From Podarcis liolepis (lineage: Eukaryota): a DNA stretch of 64,000 nt. A model generated the notes under the pieces. It worked only from the letters and a program-made list of their open reading frames with translations. It did no database searches and was not told where the DNA came from. Both the position numbers and the translations under genes were made by a program. This document shows, piece by piece, positions 13,275 to 23,480 of the stretch; position 1 is the first letter of the stretch, and the number at the start of each line of letters is the position of its first letter. The stretch is from NCBI GenBank assembly GCA_965112155.1, contig OZ218114.1, one strand, 5' to 3'.

Positions 13275-13305
13275 TCAGACTGCATCATCTTCATCATCTC
13301 CTTGC
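13275..13305 (-). CDS. FXYD2: FXYD2 exon 5, coding part ([10 protein letters not shown])
   Basis: TAG acceptor after pyrimidine tract; TGA at 13275-13277; GTATGT donor 6 nt after the stop (exon ends 13269). Confidence 0.88.
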
Positions 13306-16300
13306 CTAGAAAAGGGAGAGGGAGAAGACCACACCTCCGTTAACATGATCTGGGCGCCCTGCAGACTGCCTTCCATGCAGCCTGTGCCCAGAGAAGGGAT
13401 GGGGCAGGGGGGAAATCCTGACAAAATTGCACCCACCTTCGCTTCCTCTTTCCTCCACAGCGGAAACGCCGACCTGGAATCAAAGAGACAGGATGAGGCC
13501 TCAGAAAAACAAGAGTGCCCTGCCTTCCCCCATGGTGGGCACCATCTTCCAACAACCCATGTTTTCCTCAAGGTTTCCTTTACAGCCTGCTGCTGCCCCA
13601 TAACCTCACTCTTCCCATCCCCACCCCCATTTAGCCCAGGAACAGAGGCAGATTTAGGGGAGTGCAACCGGTTTGATCGCACTGGGTGCAGGGCATCAGG
13701 GGGCACTGCAGGCGGCACCACAACTATGGTGTATAATGGAAGGTGAGAGGCAGAAGCACCAAATTTTGGCTTTACACAGGGCGCTGCTGAAATTTGACAA
13801 GGCCTGCCACTGCCAGGAAAATAATCCCCAAATCTCTCCATGGCAGAACACTGGTTGGCCCGCCCTGTGGCCCTCCCCACATCTTATCTTCCTGACGCTC
13901 CATTGCAGGGGGGGGGGCTGCCACCCTCTCACCACCTGCCAACACTGGCCGAGCCTTGAATTTCATGTGCTGCTGCAGAACTGGAACTTTCCACTGAGAT
14001 AAAAATCTAGCAAAGCTCAGGGATGGAGAAGTGTGTTTGTGTCTATGTGAGGGGGAAGTGTTTAACTCTTTAACAGCAGGATAGGGGACCTCTGACATTG
14101 CAGTGACCCACAGACTGGGAATGGCATCACCAGCAGGTCAAAGAGGCTGGGGGTGGGGCTAAAACGGTAACTGCCACTCAGGCAGGCAGGAGGATCCTTC
14201 TTGGGATTTGGTAGGAAGGGGAGTTGCTTTGTGGTAGAACCCTTCCTCTCCTTTTCTGTTCCTGCTCCTGAGATCTAGCAGGTGAAGCTTTTCCTGGCGT
14301 AGAGATAACAATCAGTGTCAGGAGAAGCTCTACCTGCTGAACTTAATTTTTCCTGTGGGGCTTCAGTCTCTGGATTGGTCAAGTGTGAGCCAAGGGCTGA
14401 AGTTCACCAGAACCTTTCCCCCTCCCCACTCAAGCCTGGAGCCTGGGTGTGTGCTGACAGGCCACAGCAGATCTGCCTTCAGGAGAGGTGGGGAACAGGC
14501 ACCCCGCCCCCCTAGTTCACTTTCTCGCTGTGGGGTAGGGAGGGGCTGGAGGAGCACCTGTGACCAAATACAAGGATCTTCCTCTGGGGAAGTTCCACTG
14601 GATCACAAGGGCTGCTGGAATTTTCCTACAGCAGATCCCTGGGGTAATGACAGCAGGAAGGTGGGGAAAGGGGCACGGGGCACCCAAAGGGAGGGACTTT
14701 TGCACTCAGAAACCGCTCCTCTTTCCCACAAGCAGCAGGCATGGTGCCCCCCCCCATACACCCATTTGCGTGGGCCTTTGTGAACACACTTCAGGAGCAT
14801 GCTGAGTAACGTCTTGTAGGTCAGGGGCTCCATCACTAGTTTGCTTATTGTTGAGCTGGGCGAGGAAAGAAGCTGCTCACTCCCTCCTCCTTTCTGCCCC
14901 CAGAGACACCCACCCCACTTTGGCGCTCTCTTTCCTCTGGTCTACACTCCCCTCTGCCATTATGTAGACAAGGCCACTGCTCACCACCACCCCAGAAAAA
15001 AATACAGTACTTACTGAGGATGATGGCAAGTCCAATCAGAAAGGCCACAACCGCAAAGATCAGGCCCCCATTGCGAATGGTTTCATAATCTCAGGGGGGA
15101 AAGAGGGGGGGGAGAGAGAGTTAATCTAAACCAATGCAGCAGTTGCAGGGAGTCCCTCTGGCTCTGAGCATCAGCTTTCTTGGGAGCCTCCCCTCCCTGG
15201 CTAAGTTACAGGGGAATTCAACAGAGCAATTAGCTGCTACATCTCTGCCAGTTTTGAAGCTGGGGGGGTGGGGGGTGGAACAGGTTTTGATACTTTACAG
15301 GGGAAAGGGAAAAGAACAAATTTGGGAGGAAGTGGAAAGACATACAACCCTCACTTTCCAACCCCAAACTTTATGACTTTAATAACAGGGAATGTATGGT
15401 GCGTGACTCTGGTGGTACAATGTATGACACCACTGTAGTCTGTTTGTTGCGTTTGAAAGTATTGCTGCCTTTCTTTCATCTTTCAAATAATTGCAAATAC
15501 AGTGGTACCTCGGGTTACATACACTTCAGGTTACATACGCTTCAGGTTACACACTCCGCTAACCCAGAACTAGTACCTCGAGTTAAGAACTTTGCTTCAG
15601 GATGAGAACAGAAATCGTGCTCCGGCGGCGCGGCGGCAGCGGGAGGCCCCATTAGCTAAAGTGGTGCTTCAGGTTAAGAACAGTTTCAGGTTATGAACGG
15701 ACCTCCGGAACGAATTAAGTACTTAACCCGAGGTACCACTGTATAACCATGGTTTAAGCTGGATCTGCACCCAACCCAAAGTAAATATTTTCTAGGTTTT
15801 GCCATATGGGATTGGGCGTCACCCCCCCCCCCCTTACTGTAGGAAGCCAGCCGTAAGGGTAGCACAGCCCCCCTCCCCTCTCACTCCCTTTCCTTACCGT
15901 AAGAGAATTTGTCAACCGCGGTCTCGGGGAGCCTTTCTGGAGGAGAAAAAGGAGAGGGGAAAGTCAGGCTCGGAGCTCCCGCGGCAGCACTTGGAGCCAT
16001 TGGGCGGTGGAACCCGAGAGCTGCGTCGGCGGCAACGGCTTCTTTCCAGCCGAGCTCTGGAGTCCTTGGCCGAAGAAGTGCCTCCTACCGCGGCGCCTGT
16101 ATACTGGGGAAAGGAGCTGGACTTTCTCCTGTCGAAGGCAAAGACTGGCCGCGCTGCTTCTGCCGGAGGACCCCACCAGCTGTTTCAGGCTACACTGCTT
16201 CCCTGCTCCTCTTCGTGGCTACTTCCACCCCCTAACTGCCGCCCGTCCGGGGAGGAGGGAAATGAAGGGACTGACCCCCCCACGAGAGATGGTAGATTCT

Positions 16301-17889
16301 CCTTCCTTGGAGGTTTTTAAGCAGAGCTTGGATGGCCACCTGCCATGTATGACCTAGTTGAGATTCCAGCATTGCAGGGGGTTGGACTAGATGTCCCTTG
16401 GGGTCCCTTCCAAGCCTACGATTCTCTACTTCTATCACCCGCTTGCCCCACAGAAGTAGGGAAGCTGCGCCGAGCAGAGCACTGCCAAGGCAGGCAAAAG
16501 CCCCCCCCCCTCCCATGGGTGCCTGGGGCTCAGTTCTAGGGGAAGAAGAAACTGGAAAGGAAACTCTGGGGGGTGGGGAACTCTCCCTCTAACCCCAGGA
16601 TTTCTCCATTGCAGACGGAGGGAGGACAGGACCCTGAATCCGGAAAGCATGGTGGAATCCTGCGCCGAAGTCAAAGCTGCCCTGTTCCTAGAGGTGCTGC
16701 TGCGGTTGTGGGAACCGAAGGAAAGCGCGTGGACCACTAGAGACTCGGTGTCATTATGCACCAACCCCCCTCAGACCCAAGGTACAAGAAATGCAAGACG
16801 AGCCCTACAGCAGCTGGCCAGGCCAGCGGGGACCCATCTCCTCCAGCATCCCTTCCCCCAGTGGCCAACCAGACGTCCCAATGCAAGCAGCACCCAAGTG
16901 CAACAGCAACTCTCCCCTTCCGAGGTTTCTAGCAACCGGTACTCAGGAGCACACAGCCTCCGACAGTGGAGGGAGAACAGAGGCAGCGGGGTCAGCAGAC
17001 TTTAACAGCCTTCTTCTCCTCCAGGAGTCTGTCTAATTAATTCTCTTTTAAAGCCATCCAAGTTGATAGCCGTTACTACAGCTTGGGGAGCGAATTGCAA
17101 CACTCCTTCGCCTGTCCTGAGCCTTCCAACATTCAGCTTGGTTGGATACCAAGGAGTTCTAGTGCTATCAGTGGCGTAGCGTGGGGGGTGCAGGGGGGGC
17201 CGGCCGCACCGGGCGCAACATCTGGGGGTTAGGGTTAGGGGGCGCAAATCCACGGGTTAGGGGGCGCAAATTACTTGCCTTGCCCCGGGTGCTGACAACC
17301 CACGCTACGCCACTGAGTGCTATGACAGATGGAGTTTCTCCCTGTTCGCTTTCTCCACGCCGTCATTTCATTTCACTTTTAAATTGTATACCGCCTTTCT
17401 ATTCTACAATACCCAAGGCGGTTTACAAGCTGAAGAAACAGAGAATGTACACCTTGTAACACATCACCTTATACACCTCTATCTTAAGAGAAGCCCTGCT
17501 CGCCTTTTCTCCTTGATCCTTTCGGCTGCCCTTTTGCTGATCCTTTTCTCTAAACTAAAAAAACGCATACCCTTGATCCTTTCGGCTGCCCTTTTGCTGA
17601 TCCTTTCCCCAGCTCTACAATGTCATTTTTTCAGGTGAGGCCACCAGAACGGCACAGCTTCGCCCTCCAACAGGGTCTAAGATGGGCAAAGAATCCATAG
17701 GGAGGGGTATTTGCTTTCCTTTCCAGCATTTTTCTTCTGCTGCTTGAGTTAGGATTTTGCGCTGGGGGCGCGTGAGGGAGGGGAGAATGGATGCAGGACC
17801 CTCTCAGTCTCTTCGCCCCGAGGGAGAGGGAGAGCAGCTCTGCTCAGCCGGCCAAGCAGGGGCGGGGAGGGGCGCTTACCGTCTGCCAT
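13275..17889 (-). CDS. FXYD2: FXYD2, Na,K-ATPase gamma subunit (spliced CDS, 5 coding exons, 63 aa)
   Basis: Exons 17880-17889, 15898-15936, 15015-15089, 13437-13473 and 13275-13305 all have GT-AG boundaries and sum to 192 nt: [67 protein letters not shown] motif, [12 protein letters not shown] transmembrane segment and SRRFRCGG are diagnostic of FXYD2. Lies downstream of FXYD6 as in other vertebrates. Confidence 0.93.
13437..13473 (-). CDS. FXYD2: FXYD2 exon 4 ([12 protein letters not shown])
   Basis: 37 bp; CAG acceptor; GTGGGT donor. Confidence 0.93.
15015..15089 (-). CDS. FXYD2: FXYD2 exon 3 (transmembrane helix)
   Basis: 75 bp, [25 protein letters not shown]; GTAAGT donor; acceptor is GAG. 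Confidence 0.95.
15500..15741. mobile_element. Tc1/mariner-pogo MITE (CAGTGGTACCTCGGGTT family) in FXYD2 intron 2
   Basis: Terminal inverted repeats and TA TSD; related copy in opposite orientation at 18473-18697. Confidence 0.88.
15898..15936 (-). CDS. FXYD2: FXYD2 exon 2 ([13 protein letters not shown])
   Basis: 39-bp exon typical of FXYD genes; pyrimidine tract + CAG acceptor; GTAAGG donor. Confidence 0.9.
16287..16428 (+). mobile_element. CR1 LINE 3' end
   Basis: tctccttccttggaggtttttaagcagag...gggttggactagatg...ggtcccttccaa...attct is a typical CR1 3' terminus. Confidence 0.75.
17169..17315. mobile_element. hAT MITE with TTAGGG motifs, copy 1 (FXYD2 intron 1)
   Basis: TIR CAGTGGCGTAGCGTGGG; perfect 8-bp TSD AGTGCTAT. 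Confidence 0.92.
17880..17889 (-). CDS. FXYD2: FXYD2 exon 1, coding part (MAD+G)
   Basis: Strong Kozak context aacgATGG, donor G|GTAAGC, phase 1 matches exon 2, inside a GC-rich promoter. Confidence 0.8.
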
Positions 17890-18120
17890 CGTTCAGCTGC
17901 CGCGGCCAGAGGGTGTCTGGAGAGGCAGAGGCAGCGGAGCGTCCCTTAAGGGGCGGCGGGGACAAGGCTCTATTAACCATTAATGGGGCCCGTCTAATGT
18001 TTAGCCCAGGCAGTCACAAGGTGAAGCTGCGGAGGGAGGGGCCGAGGGAGGGACGGAGGGCGGCCCGGGGAAGGGAAGGGCCTGGACTGCCCGCAGGAGG
18101 AGAGTACCAAATGAACCAGG
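17890..18120 (-). promoter_or_regulatory. FXYD2 5'UTR/promoter with HNF1 site, GC box and TATA-like element
   Basis: ATTAATGGTTAAT (minus, 17972-17984) is 1 mismatch from RTTAATNATTAAY; CTTAAG near 17945 and GGGGCGG adjacent; GC-rich. Confidence 0.65.
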
Positions 18121-18472
18121 CGGAGGATGCCCAGCACCCAGCAGTTGCCTCACTGTCGCCATCTGTGCACAGGGGCAAATAAGGGCCTTGATGTATTTGC
18201 TTAAAAGCATATTGTGGGTTGGAGCCCCACACTGGGCAAATGATTCCTGCATTGCAGGGAGTTGGACTGGATTACCCTTGTGGTGCCTTCCATAGCGCGT
18301 TGTATAGTAAAAACAATAAAGCAGGATTATAAAAATAGGCTGCATCAGACTGAAGGCCCTCCTTGTCCAACATCCTGTTCTCAAACAGACCAACCAGATG
18401 CTGCAATGTGAGGTCGACAAGCAGAACAGGAGTGCACCAGCCTCTCCCACCTAATATCCCCAGAAGCAGGTA

Positions 18473-18697
18473 CAGTGGTACCTCAGGTTAAGAACATAAT
18501 TCGTTCTGGAGGTCCGTTCTTAACCTGAGGTACCACTTTAGCTAATGGGGCCTCCCGCTGCCGCCACACCACTGCCGCACAATTTCTGTTTTCATCCTGA
18601 AGCAAAGATCTTAACCCAAGGTACTATTTCTGGGTTAGCAGAGTCTGTAACCAGAAGCGTCTGTAACCTGAAGCATCTGTAACCTGACGTACCACTG
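18473..18697. mobile_element. Tc1/mariner-pogo MITE nested in an older SINE/CR1-like repeat
   Basis: TIR CAGTGGTAC, TA TSD; flanks (~18340-18810) rejoin into a repeat seen elsewhere in the window (e.g. ~52570-52790). Confidence 0.82.
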
Positions 18698-19614
18698 TAG
18701 TTCAGAGGCATACTGCCTCTAGTATTGGATATAGTACAGTACCTCCTTTAACTAGTAGTAACCACTGAAAGCATTATCCTCCGTGAATTTGTCCAGCCCC
18801 CTTTAAAGCCATATAAGGCAGAAGGCAGGAGCAAAATTGGTTTCACTGTGCACTGCGTGAAGAAGCTCTTCCTTTTGCTTCAGGGGATGTTCTTGGGGTT
18901 AGGGTCTCTATCCAGGAAATATAAGTCTTTCACCAAAGTAATCACCAACACAGGGAGGGTTGCAGGTACTGCACAGTCCAAATACATCAAAGTCAAGTTC
19001 AGGAAATCATTCTAAAACCAAATGTGATCCCTGAACAGGTCAAGAAACAGGTCAAGGTCAATATTGCAATGAGTTCAGCAAGGGGGCGTGGAATATACTC
19101 CAGAACAAGGAGCAAGAGACCTGTGTTTCTAGCAAGTAGAGGGCTCAAAGGGAAGACATGAATTGCTCTGGCTTTCTAGACCACACACTAACCCCAGCTA
19201 CTGGTAGTAAAGGCATTCCAGGGATTGCTTACTCATGAGTAGACCACTTACTCAGGGACTCTGGGACCAGGTCCATAGGTAAATGCCATGCCATTGCTCC
19301 TTGGTCTTGACCTGGTTTTTTGGGTGCCACGTGCCAGCATTCTCAAAGATAAGGGTGGCTCCACCTTCTCCTCTGACAGCTCCAAGGGTTCGTCAGCCGG
19401 TCTCCCCCCAGAAGTCCCATCAAGAGGATCCTCAGCACAGGCTCCAGGAGACACTTCTTGCTGCTCAAGTTTCTTGAGCTGTGGGGTATCTGGTTCATCC
19501 TGTACACACTCGGTGTCTGGCAGCAAGCCAGTGCTAGGCTTGAAAGTCCTGAATCTTTGAACATTCAGCTTCCTTTGATAGACTGATTATATTCTGAAAT
19601 TCTGAAGAGATGCA

Positions 19615-20242
19615 CAGATGCAAGTGATAGATTATATGGAGTTGGCAGAAATGACTGGCAGAATCCGAGACCTGGGAGAAGAATCAGTGGAAGAAGACTG
19701 GAGGAAGTTTAAAGACTATCTGCAGAAACACTGCAAAGTTTATGAATGTTAAAATAATGTTTGTTTTGGAAATAATATGGCATTAGCGATATAGCTTAAG
19801 AAAAAGTATGCAAAACGTAACAGAAAAGGAGGAAAGATAAAAGTTATATTATGTCGAAAGTAAATAACATTATAAAGGTGTTTAAGTACAAAGAGGAAAG
19901 GTTGGTGACATAACAGAATACACCAAATAATTAGAAATGAGATTTGAAAGAGGGTAAGGACTTGCTGTACCTGATTGGGTAATGAGGAACACAAAAAAGG
20001 GAGGCGTGAGGAAGTCAAGAAAGGAAGTTAATTTGGTATGACCTTAAAAGTTGGAGTTTTTACGCTTTATCTGGTTGGGTGAAATTTTTCTTTTACTGGA
20101 TTTTATTTTGATTTGTTTTAAATGTACTTTTGAATATGTTTTGTTTTCTCTTGTTCTCTTTTTGTATCTGTGGTGGTTGTTGTTGTTTTTTCTGTGTTTT
20201 TCTCTTCGGTGGAAACCTAATAAATATATTTTTTTAAAAAAA
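19615..20242 (+). mobile_element. L1-like LINE, 5'-truncated
   Basis: ORF2-like end MQVIDYMELAEMTGRIRD...EDWRKFKDYLQKHC; AATAAA + A tail; 20-bp TSD TGAAATTCTGAAGAGATGCA at 19595-19614 and 20243-20262. Confidence 0.88.
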
Positions 20243-20448
20243 TGAAATTCTGAAGAGATGCAGACAAATTTCTCTCTGTCCACTCTCTGAGTGCATTCCT
20301 GACAGCCTTATGGGAGTTCCATGCATTATGGCTGGCAGTCCTGTTGGAACACTTGAATGCAGAGAATCACATCCCATCCCACACTTGGAAGGGCATGCTT
20401 GGCTCCCTGGTTTCTCAAAGCCTGGGAGCAATGAAGTGGCTGGGTCAA

Positions 20449-20782
20449 TAAGGTGTGTTGAATTTTTCAACTTTCAAATTCCCAAATTGAAGGATGCTAA
20501 AAGGTTGTAAAACGTGACTTGGGAATTCAAAAGATATTTTGGTTAAATTAATACCATTTAGTTTTGTTTGGTAAATAACTACATAAAAATATTGACCTTT
20601 GAACGTTTTTGTGGAATTTCCAATACAATTAAACTTGTCTTATTAAAAGGTTTTGTGGGGGAAAGTGTGTAAAATTGCATGAAAATCAAAATTTCAAAAC
20701 TTGACAAACTTTTGATGTCTTCAACTGCAAGTGTAAAAATTTTATCCTCTGAGTTTGGCTGCTATGCAGATGCTGGTTGCAA

Positions 20783-20813
<31 letters not shown>

Positions 20814-22016
20814 AAGAAGAAGAAGAAGAAGAGAGTTTGGATTTGATATCCCACTTAATCACTACCTTAAGGAGTTTCAAAGTGGCCAACAATCTCCTTT
20901 CCCTCCCCGCCCCCCACAAAAAACATTCTGTGAGGTGAGTGAGGCTGAGACACTTCAGAGAAGTGTGACTAGCCCAAGGTCACCCAGCAGCTGCATGTGG
21001 AGGATCAGGAGGCAAACCCAGTTCACCAGCTTACGTCTACTGCTCTTAACCACTACACCACACTGGCTCACATTAACTGTACGTGTTCTAAGGAGATGAA
21101 GATCCTTGTGAAGGAACTTCCTTTCACTAAAGGTCAGAGAGAGAAGACTGGTTCTATTGGACCACATCAGATTGGCTTGCCAGATCTACCTGAGCATAAC
21201 AGACAAGTCAAAAAGCAGAAGTGGCAAGAAGACAAGAAAAGAAGGCTTGCTGCATATAAGCAGAGAAGTAAGCAGGATGGGTTCAATGCCATCAAATGAA
21301 ATAATTTTATCTGCTAATGAAAATGAAGAACAAATAGCTGATGCCCAAGATGGAAATGGTGGAAGTTATGAATTGAAATTAGGAAAACCAAGTATTTCTT
21401 CCATTTCTAATAAAAATACAGAGTATAACACATTAGAAATACATAATGTTGCCATGCAGAGCATCATATATGGTATTGGCCTGTGTGCCACAGCTGTCAT
21501 CAGCACAGCCACCTTTATAGATGCTGCCTTGATCACTGAAGAAGACAAGAGACTTGTAGTTGGATCACAGTAAAGTCAAGAGGGCCAAAGAAAAAGTTAT
21601 GAAATCCCTGGATCAGGAATTTGATTATCTTTGTCAGAAAGGTGAAATTGACTGCATCTTATTTGATGGTCGCAAAGATACAACTAAAGTTATACTGAAA
21701 GCAGACAATTCACATCAGCAGTTCCTCCTGAAACTTGTTTAAATTTCTTATTAATTGGTGTCATTACTTTCTAATGTATTATGATTACAAGGTAATGTTG
21801 CATGCTTAGACATATTTTATGCAAAGAAACTAAAATTTAAATTAGCATTATCTGACTTCTTCAGAAGGCAAACTTGAAATTATTTGGTGTCTCCCTAGGG
21901 CAGTTTATGTGCTTTTTAATCAAACATAGATTTGCCAAGCTAAATGTTGCTCAGTCACAAAAACAATAGCAGATGTGAATTCCTCACACCCAAAAACATA
22001 TTTTTAAGACCCCTTA
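20449..22016 (+). mobile_element. Decayed, internally deleted DNA transposon with transposase remnant (hATm-like)
   Basis: Frameshifted peptides across 21096-21742 (…NTLEIHNVAMQSIIYG…ATAVISTA…LITEEDKRLVV/DHSKVKRAKEK…ILFDGRKDTT); imperfect TIRs TAAGG(T/G)GT; degenerate 9-bp TSD CTGGGTCAA/CTGAATAAA; AT-rich. Confidence 0.65.
20784..21069 (-). mobile_element. Squam3-type tRNA-derived SINE with (CTT)n tail, nested in the DNA transposon
   Basis: Minus strand begins GAGCCAGTGTGGTGTAGTGGTTAAGAGC (A box); tail appears as (GAA)~16 on plus; second copy at 33814-34050. Confidence 0.82.
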
Positions 22017-23416
22017 CTGAATAAATTTACAAAAAATAAGTTTCACCTCCTAAAAAGATACAACTTACCGGGGCACAGGTAGAAAGATCAGTGGTGTAAG
22101 GAATCTCATGCCGGAACTGCTTGAGAAGGAGCCACAGCCCCATGGCAATGATGGCAGCAAAGGAAGCTCTCATTGCATCAGTAATGGATTGCGCAGGCTG
22201 GCAGTGGTGCTTTTCTGAATGGAAATTGCATGCTGGTCCCTGGTAGGGGAGAGAGGAGCCTTCACATTCTGCTGCAACCAGTTTGCAAACCACTTTGCAG
22301 ATAAAAATCAATCATATCTGCTCCAGCTTGGAGTCCACATTATTCACAGATGCTGCTATTAAGGATGGTCCCATGATTTCCGCTTGTCAGGTTCATAAGA
22401 CCACGGTTCAGTTTGCTTGGCCTGAGGATGTGGGCAGAATACCTGAAGAGGTGAGTCCTGCCACTTGCTTGCATGGCCTATCCCTGTTGCCAGAGTGTAT
22501 TGAGTTAGCTCTTGGGGTGGCTGAGCTACTCAATGGAGAGAGAAGCAGCCTTTGGGCCAGTATTTTTGACCTCTTTGTTAGCTTACCTCAAATGTATCGC
22601 TCTTGGGTGAAGTTCTTAAGCAAACAATGGCAGCCCAGCTGAGGCATTTCTGGTTGAGACCCATCCCTTGGGTCCTTTTCAATCTGGTTTCCAGCCTGAA
22701 TTTGGGGTGTAAACTGTTTTGGCCATCTTGACTAATGACCTCTGCCAGTCCCAGCTTAAAGTGCGGTCAAACCCTTAGCGGCCAAGGCATCAAAAGGGCC
22801 ATAGCCCCCCCCTCCAGCCTTGCCAGCTTTCTCTGAGCTTCAGCAAAAGAGCAGAGAAAGCTTTGTGTGACCTCACACCCCTCTGTGTCCTTCCTGGGCT
22901 TCCACAACTCAGTATAATGATGGCATGTGGGGCTACAGCAGATGCACAATGTGTTTTTCGCTTCAGCTGAGGCTGCTGAAGAAGAGGAGGAGAGGACAGA
23001 GGGTAAAGAAAGAGCTGTGAGCAGAGGGACCAGCTGGGAAACTTAACAAACCTGCTGTCCCTGGAACCAGGTGTTGAGAGAGCAGCTGAATGGGACACAG
23101 CTGGCGGCAGTCTGAGGAAGTACCATTCACCTTGGCTTTGTCCAAGGAAGCAAGTCTTGATTAGGCTGGTGCCTACTGTTTCCAGGAACTCTTCTCGTTG
23201 TGGGTGAGATGAGAGTTTGTGTGGACTCTAGGTGAGAACCCAGAGGCTGAGAAGCAGGGTGTATCAGAAGGAAAATGAACTGATACCGATTTTTCTATAT
23301 TAGTAACTTTGTATTAATGTAACATTTTTATATGTAACTGTGTATTTTTGTAATATTTTGTTTTAGTTATCTGTTGTTTCTGTTTTCTGTATGATGCTTA
23401 AGAGATATTTTTAAAA

Positions 23417-23480
23417 TATATAGAGATTAAATAATAATATATAGAGATTAAATAATAATATATAGATATTAAATAATAAT
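23417..23480. repeat. AT-rich tandem repeat, ~3 x ATATATAGAGATTAAATAATA
   Basis: Directly visible tandem copies. Confidence 0.8.

Noticed and set aside
13275-13880. 201-aa minus-strand ORF ending [10 protein letters not shown]
   Set aside because: Only the last 31 nt are a real FXYD2 exon in this frame; the rest is mostly intron.
20755-21099. Poly-Arg / poly-Ser ORFs
   Set aside because: Translations of the (GAA)n SINE tail.
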